Shown: positions 26,223-39,789 of the stretch, piece by piece
How positions within the stretch are numbered: position 1 is the stretch's first letter
Layout of the letters: each line of letters opens with the position of its first letter
Assembly (NCBI GenBank): GCA_951406725.2
Contig: OX597814.1
Span: 12,152,001-12,216,000 of the forward strand
DNA length: 64,000 nucleotides
From: Octopus vulgaris
Lineage: Eukaryota
Direction of reading: 5' to 3'
Notes under the pieces: model-generated
The model's input: only the letters and a program-made list of their open reading frames with translations
Databases searched by the model: none
What the model was told of the DNA's origin: nothing
Translations under genes and position numbers: made by a program

Positions 26223-29200
26223 ATGTAGGAGGGCTGCTGCGCGGAAACTGTAAAAAGAAAATTTCATTCCTGAGAGACCTTGTGACATGCAATCAAGCTA
26301 TATGCATGGCACTCACAGAAACGCATCTTGAACCCGATATAGGTGATGCAGAAATACACATGCCGCAATATGCAGTCATACGCACAGATAGAAAAGGGAG
26401 GAGCCATGGTGGAGTTGCAATGTACATCCGAGATGACCTCACGCCCCAGGTCCTGCTGTCATATTCAAACTCAGTATGTGAAACTCAAATTGTACACATA
26501 AGACAACTGAATATCGTCATATGCACTACATATCGCCCACCAGACGCCCCAAAACACTCAGGCATGTTTGAAGACTGCCTAACAAAAATAGGAGAAGTCC
26601 TCACCAACCTTGAACAGCACAACAGTGTATTCTTCATGGGTGACTTTAACCTCCCCAATGTGGAATGGCCTGGGGGGCAGATGCTCCCAGGGATGACACA
26701 CCATCAGCAGGCACAGGTGGAGTCCCTGCTCCATCTCACAAATACCTCTTTCATGGAGCAAATAGTTCTGCAACCAACAAGGGCAGATAATATACTGGAT
26801 CTCTGCTTTACAAACAATATGGATATTATCCATAATGTTAATGTGATGCCGACAATGATCTCGGATCACAACATAATAGAGCTGTCTACGTATGGAACAA
26901 AAGCCCCCGCAGACACACAGCCTATACGAAGCACCCACCATCTCTCCAACTTAAACTTTCATAAAGCCAACTGGAAGTCGATTGAGAAAGAGATCCTCAA
27001 ACAGGATTGGCCTGAATGTCTCTCCACACCGGACATAAACATGAAACACAAACACTTCATGTCCATAATACAAGCCATATGTGACAAATATGTCCCAATG
27101 TGCAGGGCCAGCACACACAAGAATAAAAACAGGATCCCTAGAGAAAGGAGGATTCTTATGAGACGACGGACAAGGATTGCAAACCGCCTGAGCAAGCACA
27201 CCAAAAGTGGTGAGAAGTCTCGGCTCGAAAGAATGCTAATGGAAACTGAGAAAAGTCTACATCAGTCCCATGAAAAGGAGAGAGCAGATAAAGAAGCTTG
27301 GGTAATAGAAAATATAAAATCAAACCCTAAAGCTTTCTTTAAGTTTGCCAAAGAGACAGCCACAGTGCACCAGAGAATAGGACCTCTCTTCCAAAAAGAT
27401 GGCTCTCTCACAGGAAATCCCACGAGGATAAGTGAAATACTGAACGAACAGTTCCAAAGTGTATTCACTACACCTCTAGGACACAGGCAAGTAAACAACC
27501 CAGAAGAATTCTTTGCCACTTTACCAGCGGCCAAAGAGACAAAAATTGAGTACATCAACATCGAAGAAGATGATATCACACTAGCCATTGATGAGATTGA
27601 CACAAACTCAGCTGCTGGACCTGATGGATTCCCAGCGATCCTTCTCAAATCGTGCAAACGAGCCCTTGCAAAACCGCTACAGCTTCTTTTTCAGAGCTTT
27701 CTTGCAAGTGGTAAGCTCCCAGTCAAACTGAAAGAGGGGGTAATATGCCCTATCCATAAGGGAGGTAGCAGAGCAGATGCTAAAAATTATAGGCCTATCT
27801 CTCTGACCTCACACATCAGCAAAGTCATGGAACGAATAGTCCGTAAGAAACTAATCATGTTCCTTGAAGAAAATGACTTGCTGTCTGACACCCAGCATGG
27901 ATTTCGACCAGGTAGAGGCTGCCTGACACAGCTCCTGCAACACTATGACTGGGTGTTGAAACAGCTACTAAATGGCTCAAATGTGGATGTAATATATCTT
28001 GACTTTGCAAAAGCCTTTGATAAAGTCGACCATGGTATGATCTGTCACAAACTGCGTGGTCTCGGCATAGGCGGGAAACTTGGAGAGTGGCTGCACAACT
28101 TCCTAAAAGACAGAAAACAGGCAGTTGTGAGCAATGGAGCCACCTCCAGGGAAACGCAAATAACAAGCGGTGTCCCACAGGGCACTGTCTTGGGGCCACT
28201 GATGTTCATAGTGGCCCTTTCAGACATGCCTTCAGTTGCTACGATGACCACCCTTGCTAGCTATGCAGATGACACAAAGGTCTCCCACGCAATACAGAAC
28301 CCTGAAAATATTGCGCATCTGCAACATGAGCTGGACACAATATACAGGTGGGCTGAGGACAACAACATGCAGTTTAATGCAGGTAAGTTCCAGGCCCTGC
28401 GCTACTGGCACACAAAGGTAAATGACGTGAAGACTGGATACACTGGCCCAGGAAGAATTGCAATCCCTGAGTCAAAATCAGTGCGTGACCTGGGCATTGA
28501 CATGAGCAATGATGCATCTTTCCAAATGCATATTGCTAATCTGGTGATAAAATGCAGACGGCTAGCTGGATGGATTCTCCGAACTTTCAGAACAAGAGAG
28601 AAGGAGACACTGATGGTCCTATGGAAAACATTTGTCCTCAGCCGCTTGGACTACTGCTCCCAACTTTGGTCACCACACAATATAAAACAAACAGCAGAAC
28701 TCGAAGCAACTCAGAGAAGCTACACAAAGAAAATCGTCTCAATGCAAAATGTCAGCTACTGGGAAAGACTGAAGGTATTAAACCTCTTCTCCCTGGAGCG
28801 GAGGCGGGAGAGATATGCAGTAATATACATCTGGAAAATCCTGGAGGGTCTTGTCCCAAACTTTGGCATTCAAAGTTACTCCAACCGCAGAACGGGCGCC
28901 GCTGCGTGGTGCCAAGGATTCCAACATCACCATCAAAATACAGGTCCAGATACTGCAACAGCTTGGGTTTCAGAGGACCACAGCTTTTCAACATCCTCCC
29001 TAAATGCCTGAGAGACTTACATGGTGTGGATGTGGGTTTCTTTAAAACTAAACTGGATCTCTTCTTGTTGGGAGTCCCAGATGAACCTACCTCACGACAG
29101 GAGACACGGATGCGGGCAGCAGCATCGAACTCCCTTGTTGATCAAGTGCCACGTATCAGAGGTGGATTCACAAACTAGTGTGGCTCATTCAGCGGTGGTG

Positions 29201-29290
29201 CCCCAGCATGGCCGCGGCCTTCGGGCTAAAACATTTTTAAGGATTTAAGGATTTAAGGATATATATGTATATATATATATATATATGTAT

Positions 29291-29322
<32 letters not shown>

Positions 29323-29366
29323 GTATATGTATATATGTATATGTATATGTATATATGTATATGTAT

Positions 29367-29397
<31 letters not shown>

Positions 29398-29449
29398 ATA
29401 TGTATATGTGTATATATATATATGTATATATATGTATGTATATAAATGT

Positions 29450-29497
<48 letters not shown>

Positions 29498-29536
29498 GTA
29501 TAAATATATGTATATATATATATATGTATATATATG

Positions 29537-29567
<31 letters not shown>

Positions 29568-29678
29568 TTATATATATATATGTATATATATATATGTATA
29601 AATATATGTATATATATATATATGTATATATATGTATATATATATGTATATATATGTATATGTATATATATGTATATA

Positions 29679-29766
<88 letters not shown>

Positions 29767-29768
<2 letters not shown>

Positions 29769-30139
29769 TGTAGGAGTGGCTGTGTGGTAAGTAGCTTGCT
29801 CACCAACCACATGGTTCTGGGTTCAGTCCCACTGCGTGGCACCTTGTGTGTGGATTTGGTAGACTGAAACTGAAAGAAGCCCGTCGTATATATGTATATA
29901 TATATATATGTTGTGTGCGTGTGTGTATATGTTTGTGTGTCTGTGTTTGTCCCCCAACATTGCTTGACAACCGATGCTGGTGTGTTACGTCCCTGTAACT
30001 TATCGGTTCAGCATAAGAAACCGATAGAATAAACACTAGACTTACAAAGAATAAGCCCTGGGGTCGATCTGCTCGACTAAAGTCGGTGCTCCAGCATAGC
30101 CACAGTCAAATGACTAAAACAAGCAAAAGAGTAAAGAGT
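29767..30139 (+). mobile_element. SINE family B
   Basis: Same head, internal microsatellite and tail as the 11310 copy, with a small internal deletion. Confidence 0.85.
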
Positions 30140-30201
30140 GTATATATAATTTTTTTTTCCCGAGTTAAACCGATTAATTATTTGTGTTTGTGAGTGTGTG
30201 C

Positions 30202-30261
<60 letters not shown>

Positions 30262-30284
30262 AAGTAAAATGGTTTTCAGTTATT

Positions 30285-31243
30285 GCACAAGGTCAGCAGT
30301 TTTACGAGAAGAGGGTCAGTCGATTACATCGACCCCAGTGTTTAACTGCTACTTATTTTATCGATTCCGAAAAGATGAAAGACAAAGTAGTACTAGAACT
30401 CAGAGCCAGAGAAAAAAATGCTATTATGCATTTTGGCTTACTCGCTAATGATTCTTATTTCTTTACTTCCCACAAGAAGCTACACACACAGGGGACAAAC
30501 AAGGACAGACAAACAGATTAAGTCGATTATATCGACCCCAGTGCGTAACTGGTACTTATTTAATCGACCCCGAAAGGTTGAAAGGCAAAGTCGACCTCAG
30601 CGGAATTTGAACTCAGAACGTAAAGGCAGACAAAATATCTATTTCTTTACTACCCACAAGGGGCTAAATACAGAGAGGACAAACAAGGACAGACACACGG
30701 ATTAAGTCGATTATATCGACCCCAGTGCGTAACTGGTACTTAATCTATCGACCCCGAAAGAATGAAAAGCAAAGTCGACCACGGCGGAATTTGAACTCAG
30801 AACGTAACGGCAGACAAAATACCTATTTATTTCTTTACTACCCATAAGGGGCTAAACACAGAGTGGACAAACAAGGACAGACAAATGGATTAAGTCGATT
30901 ACATCAACCCCAGAGCGTCACTGGTACTTAATTTATCGACCCCGAAAGGATGAAAGGCAAAGTCGACCACGGCGGAATTTGAACTCACAACGTAGCGGCA
31001 GACGAAATACCTATTTCTTTACGACCCACAAGGGGCTAAACACAGAGGGGACAAACAAGGACAGACAAACGGATTAAGTCAATTACACCGACTCCAGTGC
31101 GTAACTGGTACTTAATTTATCGACCCCGAAAGGATGGAAAGCAAAGTCGACCTCGGCGGTACTTGAACTCAGACGGCAGCGGCGGACGAAATACCACAAA
31201 GCATTTCGCCCGGCGTACTAACGATTCTGCCAGTTCGCCGCCT
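30285..31243 (-). mobile_element. SINE family A array, head plus about 5 units
   Basis: Four tail-2 units plus a degenerate terminal type-1 unit. Confidence 0.9.
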
Positions 31244-32439
31244 TTGTCTGGAAGTATTATAAAATATCACTGATCAGAGAAAATTGTTATCGTTATTGCT
31301 GCTGTTATTTAACCCTAGGTCGCTTGTGATCCAGTTGATTCATGCTAAAATATATGCTAGCAAGTGGTAATTAACTATATATTTCCCCTTTTTCTCAGTC
31401 TACCTAGGATTATATAATAAAATATAATTTGTTTTTAAAGCATTAGAAAGACTTTGGCTGCAACATCCTGTAAGGCGAACTAGTAGAGATTCGCAATATG
31501 AGAATTTGTTAGACGTCGTCGTCATCCATCCATCCATCCTTCCATCCATCCATCCATCCATCCATCTACCTACCTACCTACACACATGTATGTATGTGCG
31601 TATGCGCGCACAGACGCCACACACAGACACACACACACGTATATGCGTGAAAATATGTTTAATACTCACCTTATAACGACAATTTCACCATGCTAAACTA
31701 TAATTATTCTCGGAATGTATGAATAAAATTATATCTAAACCTATAACAAAGGTCAGCTAGGATCTAAAAAAATGATCTAAGAGCCTGTATAATAAATACC
31801 CGTCAAGCATACCCAAGCAAAACAGCAAACAAGCCATCATCAGGCAAAGACATAACTACAGAACAAAATCCTTTGCAGTACAATCAGGGAGTGTCCCTCG
31901 TAAGCTGCCTAACGGACATCACCGCGATTTCAACACTGAAAGTGGGACCACTGATTCAACTGATGTCAAACGAGTTTAGGAAAACAAAAGAAAAGAAAAA
32001 CGAAAGAAACCAAGAAACTCAAATGTTGTATAGAAATATTCAAATCAAAGGTCTGTACCCGGTTCTGAAATCATAAACATCTGTATTTCTAATAACAATA
32101 TATACGACACAATTAAAACATTTAATCAATCATAATTTGACTTAAATATGTTATCTATTAATAAATATGCTAAAAATTCGTTAATCTCAAGTTAACGAAA
32201 ATCTAAATTTACAAATAAAAACTAATAATGATTGAGTTCGTTCCTGTTTGGGGAGCAAGCATAGCTATGTGTTAAATAACTCGATTTGCAGCCACTTGGG
32301 TTTTGGGTTCAGTCCCGCTGTACCCTAGTTTGAGTGTCTTCTACTATTGGCCCGGGCCGACTAATGTTTTGCGAAAGAATTTGGGAGACAGAAACTCCGT
32401 GAAAGTCAAGCAGCTGTGCATATGTGTGTGTGTGTGTGC

Positions 32440-32495
<56 letters not shown>

Positions 32496-32782
32496 GGAGT
32501 AGACGAAGCAGGGACAACTGAAGAAGGGGAATATTCCTTGTGTTGTATGTTTTGTACTCGGTTTTTTCGTTGGTTAAAAAATAGTTCGTTTCCATGTTTT
32601 TGTGTTATGTTTTCGTTTCACATTGTGTTCAACGTTTTTTGACGTCCTATACCCATATATGCATGTATATATATACATACATACATGTAGGTATGTACAT
32701 ATATATATGTATATATGCATATATATGCATATATATATGTATGTATATATACAGGAAAAAAGCAACAAGAATGGATTAGTTG

Positions 32783-32872
32783 TTCAGTACAATTGTTTCA
32801 TACGAAGAACAGGTTTATTTAAAGCTGCAAATATTGCAGTAAATACAAGTGTCCCGTATTCATCAGCCAAAA
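32783..32872 (-). ncRNA. Type-I hammerhead ribozyme at the 3' end of the Penelope-like element
   Basis: tttgg-CTGATGA-atacgg..(~60-nt stem II)..ttcgtat-GAAA-CAATTG-TA-ctgaa. Confidence 0.8.
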
Positions 32873-33974
32873 CACATATGAGTTTTCCAAACATCCTAGG
32901 GAGTGAGGCGACACTCATGAAGTATCGAAGAGAGTTCTATGAAAAGCAAAGTTAGGTTGTAAGCAGACTTAAAATGTTTTCTAATGATGCACAGTTTTAT
33001 AAAAGGTTTTTAAAAAGATTGTTAGCTTCTCAGAAAAAGTAAATCCATCCATAATAATGGAGGTGTAATTTCCGGAGATATGAGGAAAGATTTTATTCAC
33101 AGAGAAGATGAATGTATCCATAATAATGCAGATGTAATTTCCTGATATATGAGGAAAAGATGTTGTTCACACATCTATTCATTTCACAAACTAAGTTATT
33201 GGAAGAAGAGATTGGCTATAGTGGCTAAAAGAAGTCGCAAAAGAAGTCAGTGAAGCAGAAGCCGCCCAAATAAGGACATTATGGGAGGGAGGGTAGGGGA
33301 ATAAGACGGCGTAAGTACACTAACTACAAAGGTTAGTTTATTTCTGTGGTGACAGAAAATCTGGGTCAGTGTTGCAGGAATTTAAGATTTATAAGGGGAC
33401 AATATTTTTGACCAGCAAACAGCTATTAACTGCCACTCCTACAGGACAAAGAATATAAAGAGATCAAAGGAAAGAGTTAAAGGGGTCAAAGGCTATCAGT
33501 AGAGGAAGATACAATAAGAAATTTAAGGGCAACACTAGAACAGAAGGTCATTTATTTATTATTGTTTCTATTTTTACTAATGTTTATATATTGTAAGACA
33601 GAATTTAGGTCAAAACATAGAGGTCAGATAATTTCTGTAGTAAATGGTATGAGAGTTTTGCTTATTCAAAATATAGTGAAAATTCTTTATATTATTATTA
33701 AGGGAGTAGTATTACCTATTAAATTTAGAATAGAATTAGGAAGTATTAGCAATTTATTTAATTTAGATTAGGTTAATTAAATTGACTATATAGTCAATTA
33801 AAACTTGGCATTGTACGAATACTATTTGTTTTTTGTGTGTTTTAAACAGGTACAGTTAGAAAGAAAGAACACCAGTGGAAGAGCTCACAGATTTCTATTT
33901 AAAATATATTAGAGTTTAGCTTTTTTAGTAAATACAATATAGACCTAACTCTATACTGTTATTATATACGATTT

Positions 33975-36536
33975 TTATTTAAAATATTTAAGAGTCTTGA
34001 TTTTTGAGTGAATACAAGATGGACCTAATTCAATACGGTCATTTAATAAATTTTTATTTTTTCTATGCTTTAAAATTTCATATGTCTCCATGGAGCAGAG
34101 TTGGCAACCTACTCTGTTATTTCTATAAGGTATCGCCCCTTCTAACTATTTCCCATTTAAGGTTATACTTAATATTATTATCTTTGAGTTCCCAGCTCTT
34201 ACTGGAAAGTGTGGTACAACCAGCTTTATGACGTAACTTAAATGATGAGATATGGTTGCTAACTCGTTGCTTAAATTTTATAGTACACCCCAAATAAAGA
34301 AATTTGCTATTCTCGGTAGTTATAGTAGATTTATAGATTACGTTATGGGCTCCACACAGACCAGGTGCCGGGCATTTTGACTTAATCCTACAATTACACC
34401 TAGGGGGATAATCTTCAGATTTAGAATTATTTAAGGATAAATATCTCATATTGCTGTTATTCAGATTATTATGAGTATAATTATCGTTATCATAGGTTAT
34501 GTTATTATCTAAAGCTGTGTTATCATTTATCGATCCGCTTACATTATCATTTAGCTCTATAGCCATATCATAATTATCAACATTATTGGTATTGCTACTA
34601 TTATTGCTTGTATTTATATCCGAATGCATATTGCTGTTATAGATATCAATGTTATCTTCATTCCCGATATTTTCCCTATTTGCATTGCTCATATTATTAT
34701 CATTATTATTCCTATTAATATTAATATTATTATTAATTATTCCATGGTTATTGATGCTACCCTTGTTTTGATAATTACTATTATTGTTGTTATTATTTTT
34801 ATTTTTGATAATATTATTACAATTATTATTGGTATTCATGTTGGTATTAGTCCTATTATTCTCTTTCTCTCTCTCTTTTATCTTTTACTTGTTTCAGTCA
34901 TTTGACTGCGGCCATGCTGGAGCACCGCCTTTAATCGAGCAACTCGACCCCGGGACTTATTCTTTGTAAGCCCAGTACTTATTATTCTATCGGTCTCTTT
35001 TTTGCCGAACCGCTAAGTGACGGGGACGTAAACACACCAGCATCGGTTGTCAAGCAATGCTAGGGGAACAAACAGAGACACACAAACAAACACATATATA
35101 TATATACATATATACGACAGGCTTCTTTCAGTTTCCGTCTACCAAATCCACTCACAAGGCATTGGTCGGCCCGGGGCTATAGCAGAAGACACTTGCCCAA
35201 GATGCCACGCAGTGGGACTGAACCCGGAACCATGTGGTTGGTTAGCAAGCTACTTACCACACAGCCACCCCTGCGCCTATTCCTGGCTAATTTAATGCTT
35301 TTATTATAAATTTTAGCTATTATAGTGGACATATTTGGGAGGGTTGAATAAGAAATCCTAACCGTTCTTTTAGAAATTATTCTATGATATTTATGAGAGG
35401 CTGGAAAATTTTTTTCTAGAATTAATTTGAATCTGCCGTGTATATCCTATAAAATCGCACAGTTGAAAGGAATATTCAGCCAGATTATATCTTCCTTATT
35501 ATATTTTCTTAAATTAAAATTAGAGTTAGTTGAATTATTACTGATCCTACGAGAGCTATTATATTTATTACTATTATTTGTATGCTTTTTTGATTCCTCT
35601 AAATTTGTTTTATCAGAGTTATCTATGCTCTGGTCTTTATTTTTATTCTTATGATTTGGCTTGCACGCTGGATTTGTTGTCACCGTAAATCTATTTCTAC
35701 TTTTATTTCGGGCGTGATCTATATTTTTGTTTACGTAGTTACTGCTACCTCCATTATTAGGAATATGTAAGCTCTCCTTATCAATAAAGGTAATCTTTTG
35801 GTTGTATCCTGCCTTAGATAACGCTGCATTATAATGCTCAGAGTGAGAGTTAAATATATCATTATTAGATGACAATTTGGAGATTCTTAAGGAAATATTT
35901 CTAATCAAAGATTTTATTATATTTGGGGGATGATTGGATAATTTATTAACGTATCTAGTGATTTCACCTTCCTTTCTAAATGGGTGATGCAGCTTAGAGT
36001 TAAGGTCTAATGTAATATCTAGGAAATTGACTATTTTAGGGCCAGGTTCATAAGTTATGCTAAGGTTGAAATCTTTAAAGAACATATTAATTTTCTTTCT
36101 AATCCTTTCAATGCTAGATTTATTATTACTAGGAATAACAAACAGAGCATCATCCCTGTATAGACCACCTTGTATTTCCGGGATCTCCCTTTTTATGCAC
36201 ATTAATAGATATGCGCCTACGAAATTAGTTACCTCAGCCGAATCACTAGAACCCATGGGTATATCGAAATTATTAGGGGTATCTGCTCTAGTCCATAATT
36301 TTCCTTCAAATTCTATAATTGTTTTTCTAGATAATAGTACTATATCGATTTCCTCTCTAGATATGAGGGAGCGATTCATGGCAAATATAAGTGATTTATT
36401 TACCAAAATGGGGGAAATACTAGAGTAATAATTATCTATGTCAAATTGAATAAAGGAGAGACTACTAGTATTAGTTAGAGAATTAAACCATTCTAATACT
36501 TCATCGGTATTTAGCCAAAGACTAAAGGGAAGAGTC

Positions 36537-36539
<3 letters not shown>
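33975..36539 (-). pseudogene. Penelope-like RT + C-terminal GIY-YIG endonuclease ORF (in-frame TAG at 35447-35449, SINE insertion, frameshift at ~34137)
   Basis: FDIDNYYSSI, FDIPMGSSDSAEV, GLYRDDAL, VNFLDITLDL, SNHPP; after the TAG: KNFPASHKYHRII..VRISYS.LPN; then CNCR..CP..GLC, NVIY..YLG, FKQRVSNH; after the shift: CQLCSME..LLNDRIELGPSCIH. Confidence 0.9.
34861..35279 (-). mobile_element. SINE family B inserted in the Penelope-like ORF
   Basis: Full copy; the PLE reading frame resumes on both sides, with a possible short GAATA duplication. Confidence 0.9.
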
Positions 36540-36574
<35 letters not shown>

Positions 36575-36575
<1 letters not shown>

Positions 36576-36763
36576 GTTGGCGATTTTTTTTCCTATGTCT
36601 TCCCTTCTCTGGATCTTTCTTTCTCCTATAATTTCCGACGAAGAGCTCCGCTCGAAACGTTAAACCCTTCTTCTTTCCTTCTTTCCTGAGCGTCCAATAA
36701 TACTATATTTGTTCCACATCCTCGCGTTGTTGTGTTATTTTGTGCTTTCTTGTTTGGATTAAC
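36575..36763 (+). repeat. Short TA-embedded repeat with a minimal hammerhead motif at 36632-36664 (related fragment at ~56108-56216)
   Basis: ttt-CCGACGA-a-GAGC-tcc-GCTC-GAAA-CG-TT-aaa; the downstream GAAACGT..TTCCTGAGCGT..AATACT recurs at ~56110. Confidence 0.6.
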
Positions 36764-36799
36764 TTTATATATATATGTGTGTATATATGTATATATGTG

Positions 36800-36830
<31 letters not shown>

Positions 36831-36875
36831 GTATGTATATATATATATGTATATTTATATATATATATATATGTA

Positions 36876-36968
<93 letters not shown>

Positions 36969-36975
36969 GAGTATA

Positions 36976-37186
36976 TTCTTTTACTCTTTTACTTGTTTCA
37001 GTCATTTGACTGTGGCCATGCTGGAGCACCGCCCTTAGTCGAGCAAATCGATCCCAGGACCTATTCTTTGTAAGCCTAGTACTTATTGTATCGGTCATTT
37101 TGCCGAACCGCTATGTTACGGGGATGTAAACACACCACCATCGGTTGTCAAGCGATGTTGGGGGGACAAACACAGACATACAAACG

Positions 37187-37256
<70 letters not shown>

Positions 37257-37410
37257 TACGATGGGCTTCTTTAAGTTTCCGTCTAGCAGATCCACTCACA
37301 AGGCTTTGGTCGGCCCGAGGCTATAGTAGACACTTACCCAAGGTGCCACGCAGTGGGACTGAACCCGGAACCATGTGGTTCGTAAGCAACACAGCCACTC
37401 CTACGCCTAC
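36976..37410 (-). mobile_element. SINE family B
   Basis: Full-length similarity to the other copies. Confidence 0.85.
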
Positions 37411-37514
37411 ATATATGAATATATATGTATATATGTACATGTATATATATATATGTATATATATGTATGTAGGTGAGAGAGTTGGTGTGTGAACGCGCGT
37501 GTTTGGATGTATAA

Positions 37515-38010
37515 AACATAAAAAGAGTGAAAAAACTACAGAAGGCTTGTGTTATTAGGTTAAAGAATATATTCAAGTCGTTATGTTAGAAAAATGTTAT
37601 AAAATTATGTGTATAGTAACATAGTTTTTGGAGAAATAACCAACACAAATTAGATTAAACAAGAAAACATTCTTCATTGAAAAATATAAACCAAAACTTA
37701 ACCATTCTAATATTTTTATACAAGGAAACTAATCTCATTGAAAAAAACAGAAAATAATATAAAGCAATTATCTCTCTTATACTGGAAGAAATCCCTGATT
37801 ACCTTCTCCTGTCTGGAACTCTTCACTTCATGCGAAGACATGACACGGTGTAGATAAAGAAATTTGAAAAGACTATACGAAACCGGTTATTTCTGCAAAA
37901 ACTATGTTACTATACACAAAATTTTATAACATTTTCTAACATAACGACTTAAATATATTCTTTAACCCTATAACACAAGCCTTCTGTAGTTTTTTCACTC
38001 TTTTTATTTT
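37515..38010. repeat. Element with ~125-bp inverted arms
   Basis: AAAAAGAGTGAAAAAACTACAGAAGGCTTGTGTTA..AGAAATAACC is the reverse complement of GGTTATTTCT..TAACACAAGCCTTCTGTAGTTTTTTCACTCTTTTT. Confidence 0.8.
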
Positions 38011-38040
38011 TTATATATATATATGTATATATACATGTAG

Positions 38041-38085
<45 letters not shown>

Positions 38086-38321
38086 CATATATATATGCAT
38101 ATATATATATGTATTACGTTCTGAGTTCAAATTCCGCCGAGGTCAACTTTGCCTTTCATCCTTTCGGGGTCGATAAATAAAGTACCAGTTTCGCACTGGG
38201 GGCGATATAATCGACTCAATCCCTTCGGCTGTCCTTGTTTGTCCCCTCTATGTTTACAGCCCCTTCTGGGCAGTAAAGAAATATATATATATATGCATAT
38301 ATATATATGCATATATATATG

Positions 38322-38381
<60 letters not shown>

Positions 38382-38382
38382 G

Positions 38383-38553
<171 letters not shown>

Positions 38554-39487
38554 TCACACACACACATATAAATAGTAAAGAATTTTTTATGGTATTGTAT
38601 CAGCATGTATCAAGCTTTTGATATTTTTTCAGAGCCAATGCAGCCACGATTAGACACAGGCATAATCTCGAACCTCTCACATCTGAGACAGCTGACATTC
38701 AGGATGTAACATCTGGAGGAAGGGAGACCTGCACCGGTGCTGAGGTCAAATGCAATTTATGAACCTTGAAAGGATGAAAGGCAAAACTGACCTCAGTGCT
38801 ATTTAAACTCAATATTTAGGTATAACAGCAATTAAGCAAATATTAGTAACAGTCAACTAATTGGCGGTCAATGGTTCGACTCCTTTCTGAGCCGTAGCTC
38901 AAAATTAGTAGACTTTATGAAAATCTAAATTTCTCACTGCAAACACTAAGATCATTGTAGACTTGTTTTCTGACTATATTTCAAGGTCTCAATTCTTGGA
39001 GTTGGGTATAACAGATTAGATCAACCGAAGTACTTATCTAGTACTGTATTTTATCGGTCCCATGGTCAACATTATTCACTGTTTTTGTTACTGTTGTTGT
39101 TTCAGGCATGAGTTAATTTACCCCATTGTATTTTCGCTTGTTTTTAATCACACTGCATAAAACGCAAGGCAAACTCTCCACCTCTACCAACATCAGTGAG
39201 ATCATCTGGCCCGGGATGGTTATTGGAACGACTCTGTACTGCAAGGATGAGTACTCAAATGGGTTATAAGCATGATTAAGCTGAGTACTGGAGTGGCTTC
39301 TCAGCATAATAAGGTTGAATACTGAAGGGGATCCTCAGAATAAGATAGTACTGGAATGTCTTCTCTAAGCGCTGGAGTGGTTGATCTAGACCCACAATGA
39401 GTTTTACATTTAACAGATCAAGCTAACGGTCCTGTTATCAATATCACAGTATTGCCGCTTCTCAGCTCATCAAGTGGATTCTGCATT

Positions 39488-39709
39488 ACTCTTTTACTCT
39501 TTTACTCTTTTACTTGTTTCAGTCATTTGACTGCGGCCATGCTGGAGCACCGCCTTTAGTCGAGCAACTCGACCCCGGGACTTATTCTTTTGTAAGCCCA
39601 GTACTTATTCTATCGGTCTCTTTTGCCGAACCGCAAAGTGACGGGGACATAAACACACCAGCATCGGTTGTCAAGCAATGCTAGGGAGACAAACACAGAC
39701 ACAGACACA

Positions 39710-39789
<80 letters not shown>

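Larger units (their letters stand above)
32750..36540 (-). mobile_element. Penelope-like retroelement, 5'-truncated, between TA-rich tracts
   Basis: RT and GIY-YIG coding region 36539-33975, then about 1.2 kb of downstream sequence ending in a same-strand hammerhead motif. Confidence 0.85.

Noticed and set aside
29237-29867. Long YI/CV/HT-repeat ORFs here and throughout the window
   Set aside because: They are translations of (TA)n/(CA)n microsatellites with no coding signal.
30285-31243. Regular repeats with palindromes resembling a CRISPR array
   Set aside because: The units repeat in full with no unique spacers, there are no cas genes, and the context is eukaryotic SINE sequence.
35447-35449. 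In-frame stop in the PLE as possible selenocysteine or readthrough
   Set aside because: The codon is TAG, not TGA, and the copy has other lesions; simple decay is likelier.
39200-39430. Possible RTE-type LINE 3' remnant
   Set aside because: Only vague motif resemblance; too degraded to call without a search.
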